NCBI GenBank assembly: GCA_963664705.1
Contig: OY761556.1
Span: 4,160,001-4,224,000, forward strand
Direction of reading: 5' to 3'
Length of the DNA stretch: 64,000 nucleotides
Origin: Acidobacteriota bacterium
Lineage (GTDB): Bacteria; Acidobacteriota; UBA6911
In this document: one piece after another, positions 29,124 to 38,389 of the stretch
How positions within the stretch are numbered: the first letter of the stretch is position 1
How the letters are laid out: each line of letters opens with the position of its first letter
Notes under the pieces: generated by a model
What the model was told of the DNA's origin: nothing
The model's input: the letters and a program-made list of their open reading frames with translations, nothing else
Databases searched by the model: none
Program-made: the position numbers and the translations under genes

Positions 29124-29203
29124 ATCTTTATCCCGATTCTTCTCTCATCGGTATATCCCGCTGAAGCATTAGCGCAAAATTGCAATAAAGATCGATTGCG
29201 GTC

Positions 29204-30127
29204 TCAGGCTCGGCTTTGGACAATAACGGCGACGATGGCGAGGCAGCCCAAACCATAGTAGGTGTATTCAACATCCGGCTCTGCATCGATTATGCAAGAG
29301 CGGAAGCCGCCGCAGGCATCGGCGAGTGATCCGACAAATCGAACCTGTTTTTTGAGATCTATCTGATGGATTCGATCCATGGCCGCTAGCGTGGTCACAG
29401 CGGTAAATGTGGAGAGAAGGTCCGGATACGGCGCCTTTGCATGAGCCAGGAAACCGCCGTCATGCGACTGCATTCGGACCAGGTAGTCTGCGGCCTGGCT
29501 TATTTTGTTCTCCAGATCGGTTGTTTCCTCGCCGGTCAGCGGAGATTCGAACAGGATGGCTCGAAGAAGGTAAGTCACCGCCGCGGACGTTGCATTGGTC
29601 TGCGAGTTGTCGTCGGATCCCGTATCGATAAATCCACCATCGGATTGCTGCAGATTCAAGACCGCTTCAAGGGAGTCTACTGACACCTGATGCAACAAAC
29701 CGAGCATATCCTCGCAAATAGCGCCAAGAAACGTACAGTATGCGCTGGGAGCCGAAGAGGCGACCGAACGGGAGAAAGACCCCGACTTGAGGCGGTGACG
29801 ATCCAGGCAGGCACCGGCATGCCGCGGCATAGGCGCGCCGCAAAGCGTCGCAATAGATATCCGGTTGAGGCATTCCGGAACATCGCCGATATCGTTGTCC
29901 GATTGGGCATAGAGGCAGGTGGCGGGATGACCGACCTCTTCGGATCGAGTTTGGGACAATATTCGCAGGGCAAAATCCGTGTAGTAGGGATCCGAGTTTC
30001 CCCGGCGGCCCGGATAGCCGCCATCCGCGCTGCGCTGTGAAAGCACATAATCCGCGACCCGCTCTCTTAGACCGGAACTGAGACTTTGGGTCCCCTCCAG
30101 CAGCAGTGCATCGAGGAGCTGATTCAT
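29204..30127 (-). CDS. Prenyltransferase/squalene oxidase repeat protein (single alpha-barrel, GGTase-beta-like)
   Basis: Repeats Q..DGGY/F, SDPYYT, PDLLST, PDVEYTYYG; overlaps the upstream gene by 4 nt. Confidence 0.85.
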   Translation of the reverse strand: MNQLLDALLLEGTQSLSSGLRERVADYVLSQRSADGGYPGRRGNSDPYYTDFALRILSQTRSEEVGHPATCLYAQSDNDIGDVPECLNRISIATLCGAPMPRHAGACLDRHRLKSGSFSRSVASSAPSAYCTFLGAICEDMLGLLHQVSVDSLEAVLNLQQSDGGFIDTGSDDNSQTNATSAAVTYLLRAILFESPLTGEETTDLENKISQAADYLVRMQSHDGGFLAHAKAPYPDLLSTFTAVTTLAAMDRIHQIDLKKQVRFVGSLADACGGFRSCIIDAEPDVEYTYYGLGCLAIVAVIVQSRA

Positions 30128-31767
30128 GTGGATTTTCTTTCGGGAAGCACGACGCGCGCAATGAAACCAAGCAACTGGCTGAGTGACCGATCCTGAGATG
30201 CCTCGGATGAGGCAAGCACCCGCTGCCGAAGCCTGGCGTAAAGCATTTCGGCTTTTTCGAATGATCCTGAATCGCGATAAATCGCCGAAATCTCGCCGAC
30301 CGGCAATGAGCCCTCCCGGCCATAGAAAGCGCTTCTCAGCGCCTTGCCCGCGGCCGACTCCATGGCAAAGGCGAGCAGCACGGTGGGCCGCATGGACTGA
30401 GCATCCAAGCCAACAGAACTCTTGTTATTGATGTCTTCCCAGTCGTCCAGGTCATTGAGAACCTGATACGCTTCGCCCAGGTAATCCCCATACTGAATCA
30501 GCAGATCGGAGTCTTCCACCGGGCCGGATGCGCGGAGGCCGACATAAAGTGCCGCCGTGAATGCCGGGGAGGTCTTCTTTCGATAGCACCGCAAGACATC
30601 CAGCGGCGACAGAACGTCCGGACGTTTGCGCATCCACTGCAATTCCTGTCCCTGTCCGCGGCAAAGTTCCAGATGAGCCCGTGACATCCAGCCGAATATA
30701 TCGGCGCTGGCTTCGGAGCCAAGATCAGCCCCCGACGAGGCAATCAGTTTATATCCGGCTCCGATCAGGTAATCGCCAATGTTGATGGCTATCGGCGCGC
30801 CATGCGTTCGATGCAGCGTCTCGCGGCCATAGCGCATGGTGTCCTCATCCTGAATATCATCATGGACCAGGGACGCTTTGTGCATCACCTCTATAGCCAC
30901 CGCCAGTTTTCGGACAGACTCCGGAATCAGGGGCTCGAGGATTGTTCGCGAATTCAAAGCATCCAGGCCGTGAGCGCGAACCACATAAGAAGCCAGCGTT
31001 ACAAAGGGACGAAACCGTTTCCCGCCGATCCGCAGCCAATCCTGGGCAACACAATCGGTATCGGAATCGCCATCGATCCAATCCCGATCAAACAGCTGAT
31101 TGGCAAAACGAAGAAGCGGTATATAGCTTTGATAGGACGCTGTCGGCCTTGATTCCCATAAATAAAGCGCACGCATCAGTTCGGGAAAATCTGCTTCGGT
31201 CTCGACACATCCATTTGTGAGCAATGGAATTGCCATGTGCGGAATGCCCCATTCCGCAATGCGACCGTATGATTTTTCCAGCGAATCGAGGCACGCCACG
31301 CCCAGGATGGCATCCGCCTCCCGCTCCAAAGCGCTTGTCGTGACGGAGGTAATTCCCTCCGCAATTGAAACCCTATAGCCAAGCTTCTCCGCCTGGGACT
31401 GAATATCCCCAATCGGGCACAGCGAACAGTGGGCACCAACAAGACTATCGCCGCTATAGATAGCAGTACAGGATGTCGAGGAGCGGAGGCAATGAGGCAG
31501 GAGCAGCAAACGGCGCGAGAAAGGAACCGATGCAAATGCATTTGCCCAATACGCGTTGCTCAGGGAGACCATGGCAAAGCCGATGTAGTCATAGGAAAGA
31601 TTCAAACGGGTCAGTAATTCGACCGCCTTCTCGCGCAGGACTCCCTGAGAGATGGACTCGATGGCGGCTGCCATCTCCAGCCCAAGCGAACGAATAGCAT
31701 CGCGAACGGCTGCCTCCTGCGGCACTTGCTTGATGTCTATTTCATCCATGTCCAGCTTGATCGACAT
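30124..31767 (-). CDS. DUF116-polyprenyl diphosphate synthase fusion
   Basis: N-terminal LLLLPHCLR...C...HCSLC...GVAC (DUF116); C-terminal GGKRFRP, HKASLVHDDIQD (FARM), RYG, GD, GQ, KT, NDLDD (SARM). Confidence 0.88.
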   Translation of the reverse strand: MSIKLDMDEIDIKQVPQEAAVRDAIRSLGLEMAAAIESISQGVLREKAVELLTRLNLSYDYIGFAMVSLSNAYWANAFASVPFSRRLLLLPHCLRSSTSCTAIYSGDSLVGAHCSLCPIGDIQSQAEKLGYRVSIAEGITSVTTSALEREADAILGVACLDSLEKSYGRIAEWGIPHMAIPLLTNGCVETEADFPELMRALYLWESRPTASYQSYIPLLRFANQLFDRDWIDGDSDTDCVAQDWLRIGGKRFRPFVTLASYVVRAHGLDALNSRTILEPLIPESVRKLAVAIEVMHKASLVHDDIQDEDTMRYGRETLHRTHGAPIAINIGDYLIGAGYKLIASSGADLGSEASADIFGWMSRAHLELCRGQGQELQWMRKRPDVLSPLDVLRCYRKKTSPAFTAALYVGLRASGPVEDSDLLIQYGDYLGEAYQVLNDLDDWEDINNKSSVGLDAQSMRPTVLLAFAMESAAGKALRSAFYGREGSLPVGEISAIYRDSGSFEKAEMLYARLRQRVLASSEASQDRSLSQLLGFIARVVLPERKST

Positions 31768-31773
31768 TTAAAA

Positions 31774-33483
31774 CTACCCTTTGCACTGCGCCAAAGCCTG
31801 AACGGTCCAAATCATCGGATACAGCCTTTCAGAATACCAGAGCTTTTCAAAATAGAGCCCTATCGGCTGCTCATCGCTCAACCCGTTCTGCTCAACAAAC
31901 TTCGTCAATCTCCCGATTCCTTTAAGAATTACGGCGCTCACTTTCCCCTGTTTCCTGAAGAAGGAGAGGGCGGAAACGGCCAGCGCGGTTTCCTGTATCA
32001 TTGAAGCGACTCCGCAAGCGGCGCCCCACCCGCCATCTTCATTCTGGGAAGACAGCAGGTAATTGATTCCGGACTCGCAAGCCCGCTCCGTCCGGTTGAA
32101 TTCACCAAATGCCATCAGAACGCGGGCAGTACCGAAAACGGGATTCCGAAGGTCGGGAGTCTGCTGACTGCCGAACCAAAGCGGAGTCCAGGACCCATCC
32201 TCATGCTGCATTTTTTCAAGGAACCTGAAACCTCTGGCAACGGAAATGCTATCACCTTGGCCATTGGCGAGCAAAGCGCGAAGGGCATGGGCAGTTATGT
32301 CGGTACAACTCCGGTCAAAAGGGAGCTTGCCCCAGCCCTTGCAGAATGGCGGCCACCCCCCATCCGCATTCTGAAGATTCGTCAGCCAGCGAAGACCTTT
32401 TTTGCGATAGGAGAGGAAAGGATCGTTCGTATGAACCGAATTGGCAGTTGCCCGGGCCGCGTTGACGGACAGCGCAAGCAAAACGCTGGAAGTGTCATCG
32501 CCATCAGGAACGGAGCCGCTAAGATCGGTCCATCCCCAACCGCCCGGTTCGGCATTCGTGAAGGGATGAACCCTCTGCATTTGATTCCCGGCGAGCCATT
32601 CCAGTATGGATGCCGGAGTTTCAACTCCCGCGGAGCTCAGGGCATTCACCGCACAGGAGGTGACCCAGATTGCCAGGTTCGTATCGATAGGCCAGGAACC
32701 GTCGGGGCGCTGAAGCGTTCGCAAGAAGGACAGCGCATGCTCCAAAACCTTGAGTGCGGACCCGGAGCATAAGGATCCGCTGGAGTTCATCGAGAGCAAG
32801 GACAGCGCGACAAAAGCGGTCAATGGAACCGCTTCGAGAAATCCGCCGGACTCCGGCTGAAGCTTCTCCAGAATTCTCAGAGCTTTCTTTTCGACGAAGG
32901 CTCCCAACAGGCTCTGCCCGCGCCGCTTGTCAATCACCAGCCCAACCGCAATCAGTGCCGGCATGGCATAGCTGACCACCTGCAGCCGAAGCGTTTTATA
33001 GAGGCGCTGCGGCATCACGGCTAGAGGATAGGGCAGTCGCGGGACCTGATCCCACGACACCAGGCCAGCCGCTGCACAGGTCATTAAAATCGGGACTGAG
33101 AAGGTATGATCATCGCCATAAATTCGGCGAATGCCTGCAGCGATATCATCGCCCAGGATTTTGTGAAGATAGGCTGCCGCACGGGAATTGTCTCCTCTGC
33201 CGGTGATGCGAAAGGCCGAAAGTACAAGAATCGTTGTCGAAGGATTGCTGATGGATTTTGGGCAATCACCCCACCCTCCATCCTCGCGCTGCGTCCGTTC
33301 CAACCATTGGCAGCCTTTGTCGATGCGTTCCCTGTCCCCGGAATTTCCGTTCAAATGCAGGGCAATAATGGCCAAAGCTCCCGCCAGCGCCGAAGACGAA
33401 AGCCGGCCCTGCCAATGCCCCTCCGGCCCCATCTCGGCCAGAAGCATCTTCACCGCATGGTTCAGGGCTTCCTGTGCCGTCAT
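31774..33483 (-). CDS. Class II terpene cyclase (squalene-hopene cyclase-like)
   Basis: VPDGDDTS (DxDD) and six QW motifs (QREDGGW, QPESGGF, QRPDGSW, QNADGGW, QHEDGSW, QNEDGGW). Confidence 0.9.
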   Translation of the reverse strand: MTAQEALNHAVKMLLAEMGPEGHWQGRLSSSALAGALAIIALHLNGNSGDRERIDKGCQWLERTQREDGGWGDCPKSISNPSTTILVLSAFRITGRGDNSRAAAYLHKILGDDIAAGIRRIYGDDHTFSVPILMTCAAAGLVSWDQVPRLPYPLAVMPQRLYKTLRLQVVSYAMPALIAVGLVIDKRRGQSLLGAFVEKKALRILEKLQPESGGFLEAVPLTAFVALSLLSMNSSGSLCSGSALKVLEHALSFLRTLQRPDGSWPIDTNLAIWVTSCAVNALSSAGVETPASILEWLAGNQMQRVHPFTNAEPGGWGWTDLSGSVPDGDDTSSVLLALSVNAARATANSVHTNDPFLSYRKKGLRWLTNLQNADGGWPPFCKGWGKLPFDRSCTDITAHALRALLANGQGDSISVARGFRFLEKMQHEDGSWTPLWFGSQQTPDLRNPVFGTARVLMAFGEFNRTERACESGINYLLSSQNEDGGWGAACGVASMIQETALAVSALSFFRKQGKVSAVILKGIGRLTKFVEQNGLSDEQPIGLYFEKLWYSERLYPMIWTVQALAQCKG

Positions 33484-34946
33484 CCTTCAGCCCTTCTCTT
33501 CTTCAGCCTGAACGCGGCATTCCACCACACAACCTGGCTTTTTCCGATAATCTGTGCGGCAATACTGCGAAAAGCCGGTGCACCCGAACCTCGCTCATTG
33601 TCCCACACCAGTCTCGGCACCCATCTGAAATTGAGGCGATAGGATTCAATGACCGTCTGCCAATGAAGGCGATTCAGCCGGGGCAACGAGTCCCCTGGAC
33701 CCAGCGGAGCAAGCATCACCGGAAACACTGACATCCGCTGATCATGGAGTTCCTGAACCCAGCGGAGACTGAGCTCCGCATCGCGCGGTTCTTCGCTCGA
33801 CAATCCGAGTACGATTGAAACCAGTGGGAAAAAACCGGCGCGAATCAGCCTGCGCATTTGCTGCTGCGTGAATCCATACCAGTCATCCGGATGGTATCCT
33901 GCCATCTTCGCCTTCCCGCCATTCCTTGCCAGGAGCCCTCCCGATGCCGTTTCAACTCCGATATTCACCCATAGGAACTCGTGCCGCTGCCCCAGTGTCA
34001 GGAGGCGATGAACTTCCCTCAATTCATCATCGCTGAACTGTGCAATCGAGCTCACGTTCACATGATCGATTTGAAGCAGTCTGATTGCCGGGTTTTTCCG
34101 GATCTGCCGCAGAGCGTCGATTAATGCCTCGGGGTGAACCTGTACACCGCGCGCACCATAGCGAAAGAAATCCTCGCTGAGCAGCGAAAAGCTTCTCTGT
34201 CCGCCGCGAAGATTTGCCTCGGCGTCATTCATGATCGTTTCCAGGGGCAGGTGCCTCATTGGCACATGGGCGATGGTGCAAAATTCGCATCCCAGCCCAC
34301 AACCGCGACTCATCTCAATGGCTCCCATGGACGCCGCACCCATGATGCCAGGTATATCTGCGGGCTGGTCTCCTTCTATCACTCCCAAAGGCCGCGGACT
34401 ATCCAAAAGACGCCTAAAAATGGATGCGATGTTGCCTTCGCAATAACCGTTGAGGATGGTCAGATCCCGCGGTTGTGTTTGGGAGAACTGCCAGGCACCG
34501 GGTCCGCCGATAACAATGGAGGCCTGTGGCGCAAGCCTCTTCACCTTTGCGTAGACCTGCTCAAAGAATACGCGAGCCCAGATTTGTCCGCCCGCGATGG
34601 CCATCATGGTTGATGAATTCATGCCCTTGCCCAGTGGTTCGCCGGTCGCAATGCCGACAATGCGGGTCTCGGGCCCAATCGCATCCTGCAGGCGATCCGG
34701 GTGCACCGCAATGGACCTGATTCCCTCGCGGCACAATGCGGATTCAATGCGCCGTAAGCCAAGCGGCGCACATACGGCCGCAAGATCGCCGGATGACGGC
34801 CGGGGCATCAGAAGACTCTCAAGAACGATACGCGGCGTCGTTGTTGTCTGGCTAGCCGCTACCATTGCGTCAAACAGACACGCATAATTGGCCATCAACA
34901 TCCGGTCTGCCGTAAGGACAATGGGGAAACCGCGTGGTGTGGACAT
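33480..34946 (-). CDS. Radical SAM protein with B12-binding-like N-terminus, archaeal-type (Grs-like) family
   Basis: EMSRGCGLGCEFC; family-like motifs IVLTADR.LM, APLGLRRIE, EPLG.G, GGPGAWQ, EDFFRYG, GVETAS. Confidence 0.8.
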   Translation of the reverse strand: MSTPRGFPIVLTADRMLMANYACLFDAMVAASQTTTTPRIVLESLLMPRPSSGDLAAVCAPLGLRRIESALCREGIRSIAVHPDRLQDAIGPETRIVGIATGEPLGKGMNSSTMMAIAGGQIWARVFFEQVYAKVKRLAPQASIVIGGPGAWQFSQTQPRDLTILNGYCEGNIASIFRRLLDSPRPLGVIEGDQPADIPGIMGAASMGAIEMSRGCGLGCEFCTIAHVPMRHLPLETIMNDAEANLRGGQRSFSLLSEDFFRYGARGVQVHPEALIDALRQIRKNPAIRLLQIDHVNVSSIAQFSDDELREVHRLLTLGQRHEFLWVNIGVETASGGLLARNGGKAKMAGYHPDDWYGFTQQQMRRLIRAGFFPLVSIVLGLSSEEPRDAELSLRWVQELHDQRMSVFPVMLAPLGPGDSLPRLNRLHWQTVIESYRLNFRWVPRLVWDNERGSGAPAFRSIAAQIIGKSQVVWWNAAFRLKKRRAEG

Positions 34947-34955
34947 GCGGACAGA

Positions 34956-35765
34956 TTATACCTGAGTGTCGAGAGCGTCGATCAAGGAATCAATATCATC
35001 CTGGATGGGCGACTTGGGTGGCGCAAACGGGCTGCCGCATTCCGGGCAGGTATCCTCTCGATTCGGCGCCGATCCCGAAGGAATGGTTTTGCACACCGGA
35101 CAAGCCTGCCTGGTCCGCATATAGAACATACGGCGCGAGTTTTTATCCGGCGACATGAACACCCCGGGAGTGCCGCAGATGGCCTGATCGCGGGAGTAGA
35201 GCGGGAACATGATCGCGCCCTTGGGGCAGATTCGCGAGCACGCCGGGCAGCCGGTCTTGCAGGCATCCGGATTGCTGGCAATCACTGCCTGAGCTTCATT
35301 GCGCGTATACACGCCAAACAGGCAGAACTGGAGACATTGACCGCATTCGTCGCAACGACTTTTGTCAACAACCGGATACCATCTCAATTTTTCAGGATCG
35401 ACACTGTTTGCCGATAGCAAGACGTCGACGCTATCCGCAGGTACGTTCGATGCACTGGCATCGGCGGCCATCTCAGCCATCGCCGCGAAACAGGCATCCG
35501 CGGAATCATAGGCATCATATCGATAGGTAGCACCGCGAAGTCCGTGCCGATGCAGCAGCCATTTTGCCGGGCGAGGATGCAGCGAACTCCAGACCGCGGA
35601 GATCGGACCGCAGGCCGCCAGTTGATCCCACAGGGGACTGCTTTCAGGAATATGGTACAGCGGAGGCGTCATGACGACGCGGAAGCCTGATTCCACGCAT
35701 TTCCCGGCCATAGCCGAAACACGCGCCTTATCTTTACAACGGCTAAGCACAATAAGCTTGGACAT
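34956..35765 (-). CDS. 2x[4Fe-4S] ferredoxin-domain protein with C-terminal zinc ribbon
   Basis: CDECGQCLQFC, CKTGCPACSRICP, CPVC...CPEC. Confidence 0.85.
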   Translation of the reverse strand: MSKLIVLSRCKDKARVSAMAGKCVESGFRVVMTPPLYHIPESSPLWDQLAACGPISAVWSSLHPRPAKWLLHRHGLRGATYRYDAYDSADACFAAMAEMAADASASNVPADSVDVLLSANSVDPEKLRWYPVVDKSRCDECGQCLQFCLFGVYTRNEAQAVIASNPDACKTGCPACSRICPKGAIMFPLYSRDQAICGTPGVFMSPDKNSRRMFYMRTRQACPVCKTIPSGSAPNREDTCPECGSPFAPPKSPIQDDIDSLIDALDTQV

Positions 35766-35843
35766 ACTCTATGATTTTATATGATACCTCGGGTCAAACA
35801 TAAAGATTCTTCCCGTTTGGCCGCCGCGGCGATCACCCCGAGA

Positions 35844-36935
35844 TCAGGATATCGTTGTATACCTAAAAGTCGGGCTTGGCCTGCCCGGCATCAAACATCG
35901 CAATGACTGTACGGCGGCGGATACACCGGTTTTTGCGGAACCACCTATTGCATCCCTCACTATTGTCTCCAGTTCGACGGGCGAGATTTGAACTCTGGCA
36001 TTCAGAATACAGCGCGCCTTTGTTCCCGAAAAAGCGTCCTCCGTGTTTATGGCAACCAATCCGCCCAGGCGCGTCAGGTTGAGCGTGCATTCCCTTTCGC
36101 CCGATTCAATCATAAGTTTAACGTGACCAATTTCCGCATTGCGGCTTTGAAATGATGCCTTCAGGTCATTCATGAGTCGGAAGCCATACTTCGCCCATTC
36201 CACCTGGCCATCGACAGATTCCAGATCAATCGCAGCGTTGAGCCAGCCAAGGACTGCCTCTCCTTCGGCATATCGGTCATAGTCAACCTCAACAATGTGG
36301 CTGCCGGCTTTTTTGCCGCTAAAAACATCGGCGAGCCAGGCTTCCAAACCCTCTCCCGTCCTTGCGGAAATCGCATCTACGGATGACTCGGGAAAGGACT
36401 CGCGAAGGAAATGGAGCATGGTCATGCGCTCGCTTGCACTCAGGGTATCTACCTTATTCAGCAATATTCTATCCGCCTCGAGCATTTGGAGGCGAAGGAT
36501 ATATTGAGCATTCTCATGCATCAGGGAATTTTTCGTCTGCAGCACTTCCCGGACCCGTTCCGGATCCACCAAAACCGTCAGTGGAGCCAGATCAATTTCA
36601 GGATATTTGTCTTTGATCGGCTGAAGAATGGTTGCGGACAGATCGGTGCAACTGCCCACCGGCTCCGCCAGGATTATGCCTGCGCCTTGTTGAGCCAGCG
36701 ATTTCACAGCGCCCATGAACCCCGGGAAATTGCAGCAAAAGCAGCTTCCCGCCACCTCGCGCACTTCGGCTCCCGACCGCATCAGCGTGGCGGTATCCAC
36801 GAGATCGGGCGCCTGATCGTTGCTGACCAGTCCAACCGTTTGTTTATCCCCGATCAGACGCCGTGCAGCTTCACGCAACACAGTTGTCTTCCCGGCACCC
36901 AGAAATCCGCCGACCAGTATTAGCCTAACTTTCAT
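35844..36935 (-). CDS. CobW/COG0523-like G3E metallochaperone GTPase
   Basis: GGFLGAGKTT, GSCFCC, EPVGSC, NKVD, ISA.TG.G. Confidence 0.88.
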   Translation of the reverse strand: MKVRLILVGGFLGAGKTTVLREAARRLIGDKQTVGLVSNDQAPDLVDTATLMRSGAEVREVAGSCFCCNFPGFMGAVKSLAQQGAGIILAEPVGSCTDLSATILQPIKDKYPEIDLAPLTVLVDPERVREVLQTKNSLMHENAQYILRLQMLEADRILLNKVDTLSASERMTMLHFLRESFPESSVDAISARTGEGLEAWLADVFSGKKAGSHIVEVDYDRYAEGEAVLGWLNAAIDLESVDGQVEWAKYGFRLMNDLKASFQSRNAEIGHVKLMIESGERECTLNLTRLGGLVAINTEDAFSGTKARCILNARVQISPVELETIVRDAIGGSAKTGVSAAVQSLRCLMPGRPSPTFRYTTIS

Positions 36936-36938
36936 GAA

Positions 36939-37775
36939 TTACTCCATTTCACTTTTTCCGCAGCTGCCACAGCACTTGCCGGCATCGGCTCCCGATTTCA
37001 TCGCTGGCTCCAGGATACGAACAAAGAACTGCGAAGCGAGGACTCCGCCGACCAGCGGAGCCAGAATATACACATGGAAGAAACCGCCCACGCGATCGGG
37101 CAATGCGGCATCCCTCCACCCCATAAGCCATGCGACCATACGGGGGCCAAAATCGCGCGCAGGATTCAGCCCGGCCTGCGTGATCGGCGCGACCAGGCAA
37201 ATAATCGAGGTAACGGTCAAACCTATGAAAACCGGAGCCAGAGCATTGTCCGGTCGACCGACATTGCACCCTTCCGTCAGGGCGAAAATCATCAGCACCA
37301 GGAGAAAGGTGCCGAGGGCCTCCGCTCCAATTGCAACAGGAAGCGAGACCACCGCAGCACTTCCCGGGTCCGGGTAGAACTCGCCAAACATTTTCGCCGT
37401 CTGCACCGATGCAGCCGTTCCCCTCACGATCTGATGCGTCGTTTCGTAAGCCGTCAAGGAGGACGAGAACAGGGCATAAATCATACAGCCCGCGAGGAAC
37501 GCTCCGAGTAATTGAGCGGTCACATAGACCGGGAGCTTGCGAAATGCCATTCGGCCGCTCAACGCCATGGACAGACTGACCGCCGGGTTGAGGTGTGCAC
37601 AGGAAAGATGCCGCGTCAGGTAAATGGAAAGGGTAACGCCTATGCCCCATGCCAGCGCAATCTCCATCAAGCCCCTGTGGGCATTAAAAAGCACCGAAAC
37701 GGCAACCGATCCGCAACCAAACAGCACCAGCAGAAAGGTACCTAAGGCTTCACCGATAAACTCTCTCGTCCGCAT
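36939..37775 (-). CDS. MIP channel, aquaglyceroporin (GlpF-like) with Cys-rich tail
   Basis: HLNPAVS and LNPARDFGPR; C-terminal KCCGSCG. Confidence 0.92.
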   Translation of the reverse strand: MRTREFIGEALGTFLLVLFGCGSVAVSVLFNAHRGLMEIALAWGIGVTLSIYLTRHLSCAHLNPAVSLSMALSGRMAFRKLPVYVTAQLLGAFLAGCMIYALFSSSLTAYETTHQIVRGTAASVQTAKMFGEFYPDPGSAAVVSLPVAIGAEALGTFLLVLMIFALTEGCNVGRPDNALAPVFIGLTVTSIICLVAPITQAGLNPARDFGPRMVAWLMGWRDAALPDRVGGFFHVYILAPLVGGVLASQFFVRILEPAMKSGADAGKCCGSCGKSEME

Positions 37776-37822
37776 AAACGATATCCTTCAGTCCGAATCA
37801 GCTCGAGCCCACTCAGGCATCC

Positions 37823-38221
37823 TCACTTTTTTTTGCAGCAGGAATTTTTCGTGCTGCCGCCTCCCGGAATCTTCCCCAGAGCATTCAGCAGGCCGTCGAT
37901 TTGCGCCCGGTAGTGCGTCAAAGTCTCTGTCCATCGCTGCAGACAGGCAACTCCATCCTTGGTTACGGCATAGCTGCGCTTTGCCGGTCCGGCATCTCCC
38001 AACTCCCAATTGGAGGAAACCAACCCCTCCTCTTCCATTGACTTGAGGATTTTGTAAACGCCGCTGGTATCGGGAGGAATCGCTGAAAACATTTGCAGCC
38101 TTTGCAACTGCTGAATGAGATCATAGCCGTGCGTCTTTTCCTGGGCCAGCAATCCAAGGATGGTTGGGCGCAGAAACCGATCCAGATTTCTGCCGGAACA
38201 TATACATTGGTTTAGATCCAT
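37823..38221 (-). CDS. PadR family transcriptional regulator
   Basis: HGYDL, GVYKILKSMEEEGLVSS.W, GPAKRSYAVT.DG; CIC at the N-terminus and CC at the C-terminus. Confidence 0.9.
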   Translation of the reverse strand: MDLNQCICSGRNLDRFLRPTILGLLAQEKTHGYDLIQQLQRLQMFSAIPPDTSGVYKILKSMEEEGLVSSNWELGDAGPAKRSYAVTKDGVACLQRWTETLTHYRAQIDGLLNALGKIPGGGSTKNSCCKKK

Positions 38222-38236
38222 TATGGGAGTTCCTCC

Positions 38237-38276
38237 AATAGTTACACACTCTATTTCCTTCCTGCTTCTCTGTCAA
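38237..38276 (-). promoter_or_regulatory. Operon promoter TTGACA-N17-TAGAGT with small IR AATAG-N9-CTATT over the -10
   Basis: -35 at 38276-38271, -10 at 38253-38248, IR at 38237-38255; RBS GGAGG downstream. Confidence 0.6.
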
Positions 38277-38389
38277 TTGCAGAATCCCGGAACTGTGGTA
38301 AGCAAATGATCTGTCCGGTGGTTGTAGCAAGTGAAATGTCCGGTGCAAAGGTCTGAGTGAGATAAAGTGCCATCGCGAAAGGAGGAGCG

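Noticed and set aside
31774-33483. Calling the cyclase shc of a standard hopanoid cluster
   Set aside because: Short, divergent protein with no hpn genes in the operon, so no gene symbol was assigned.
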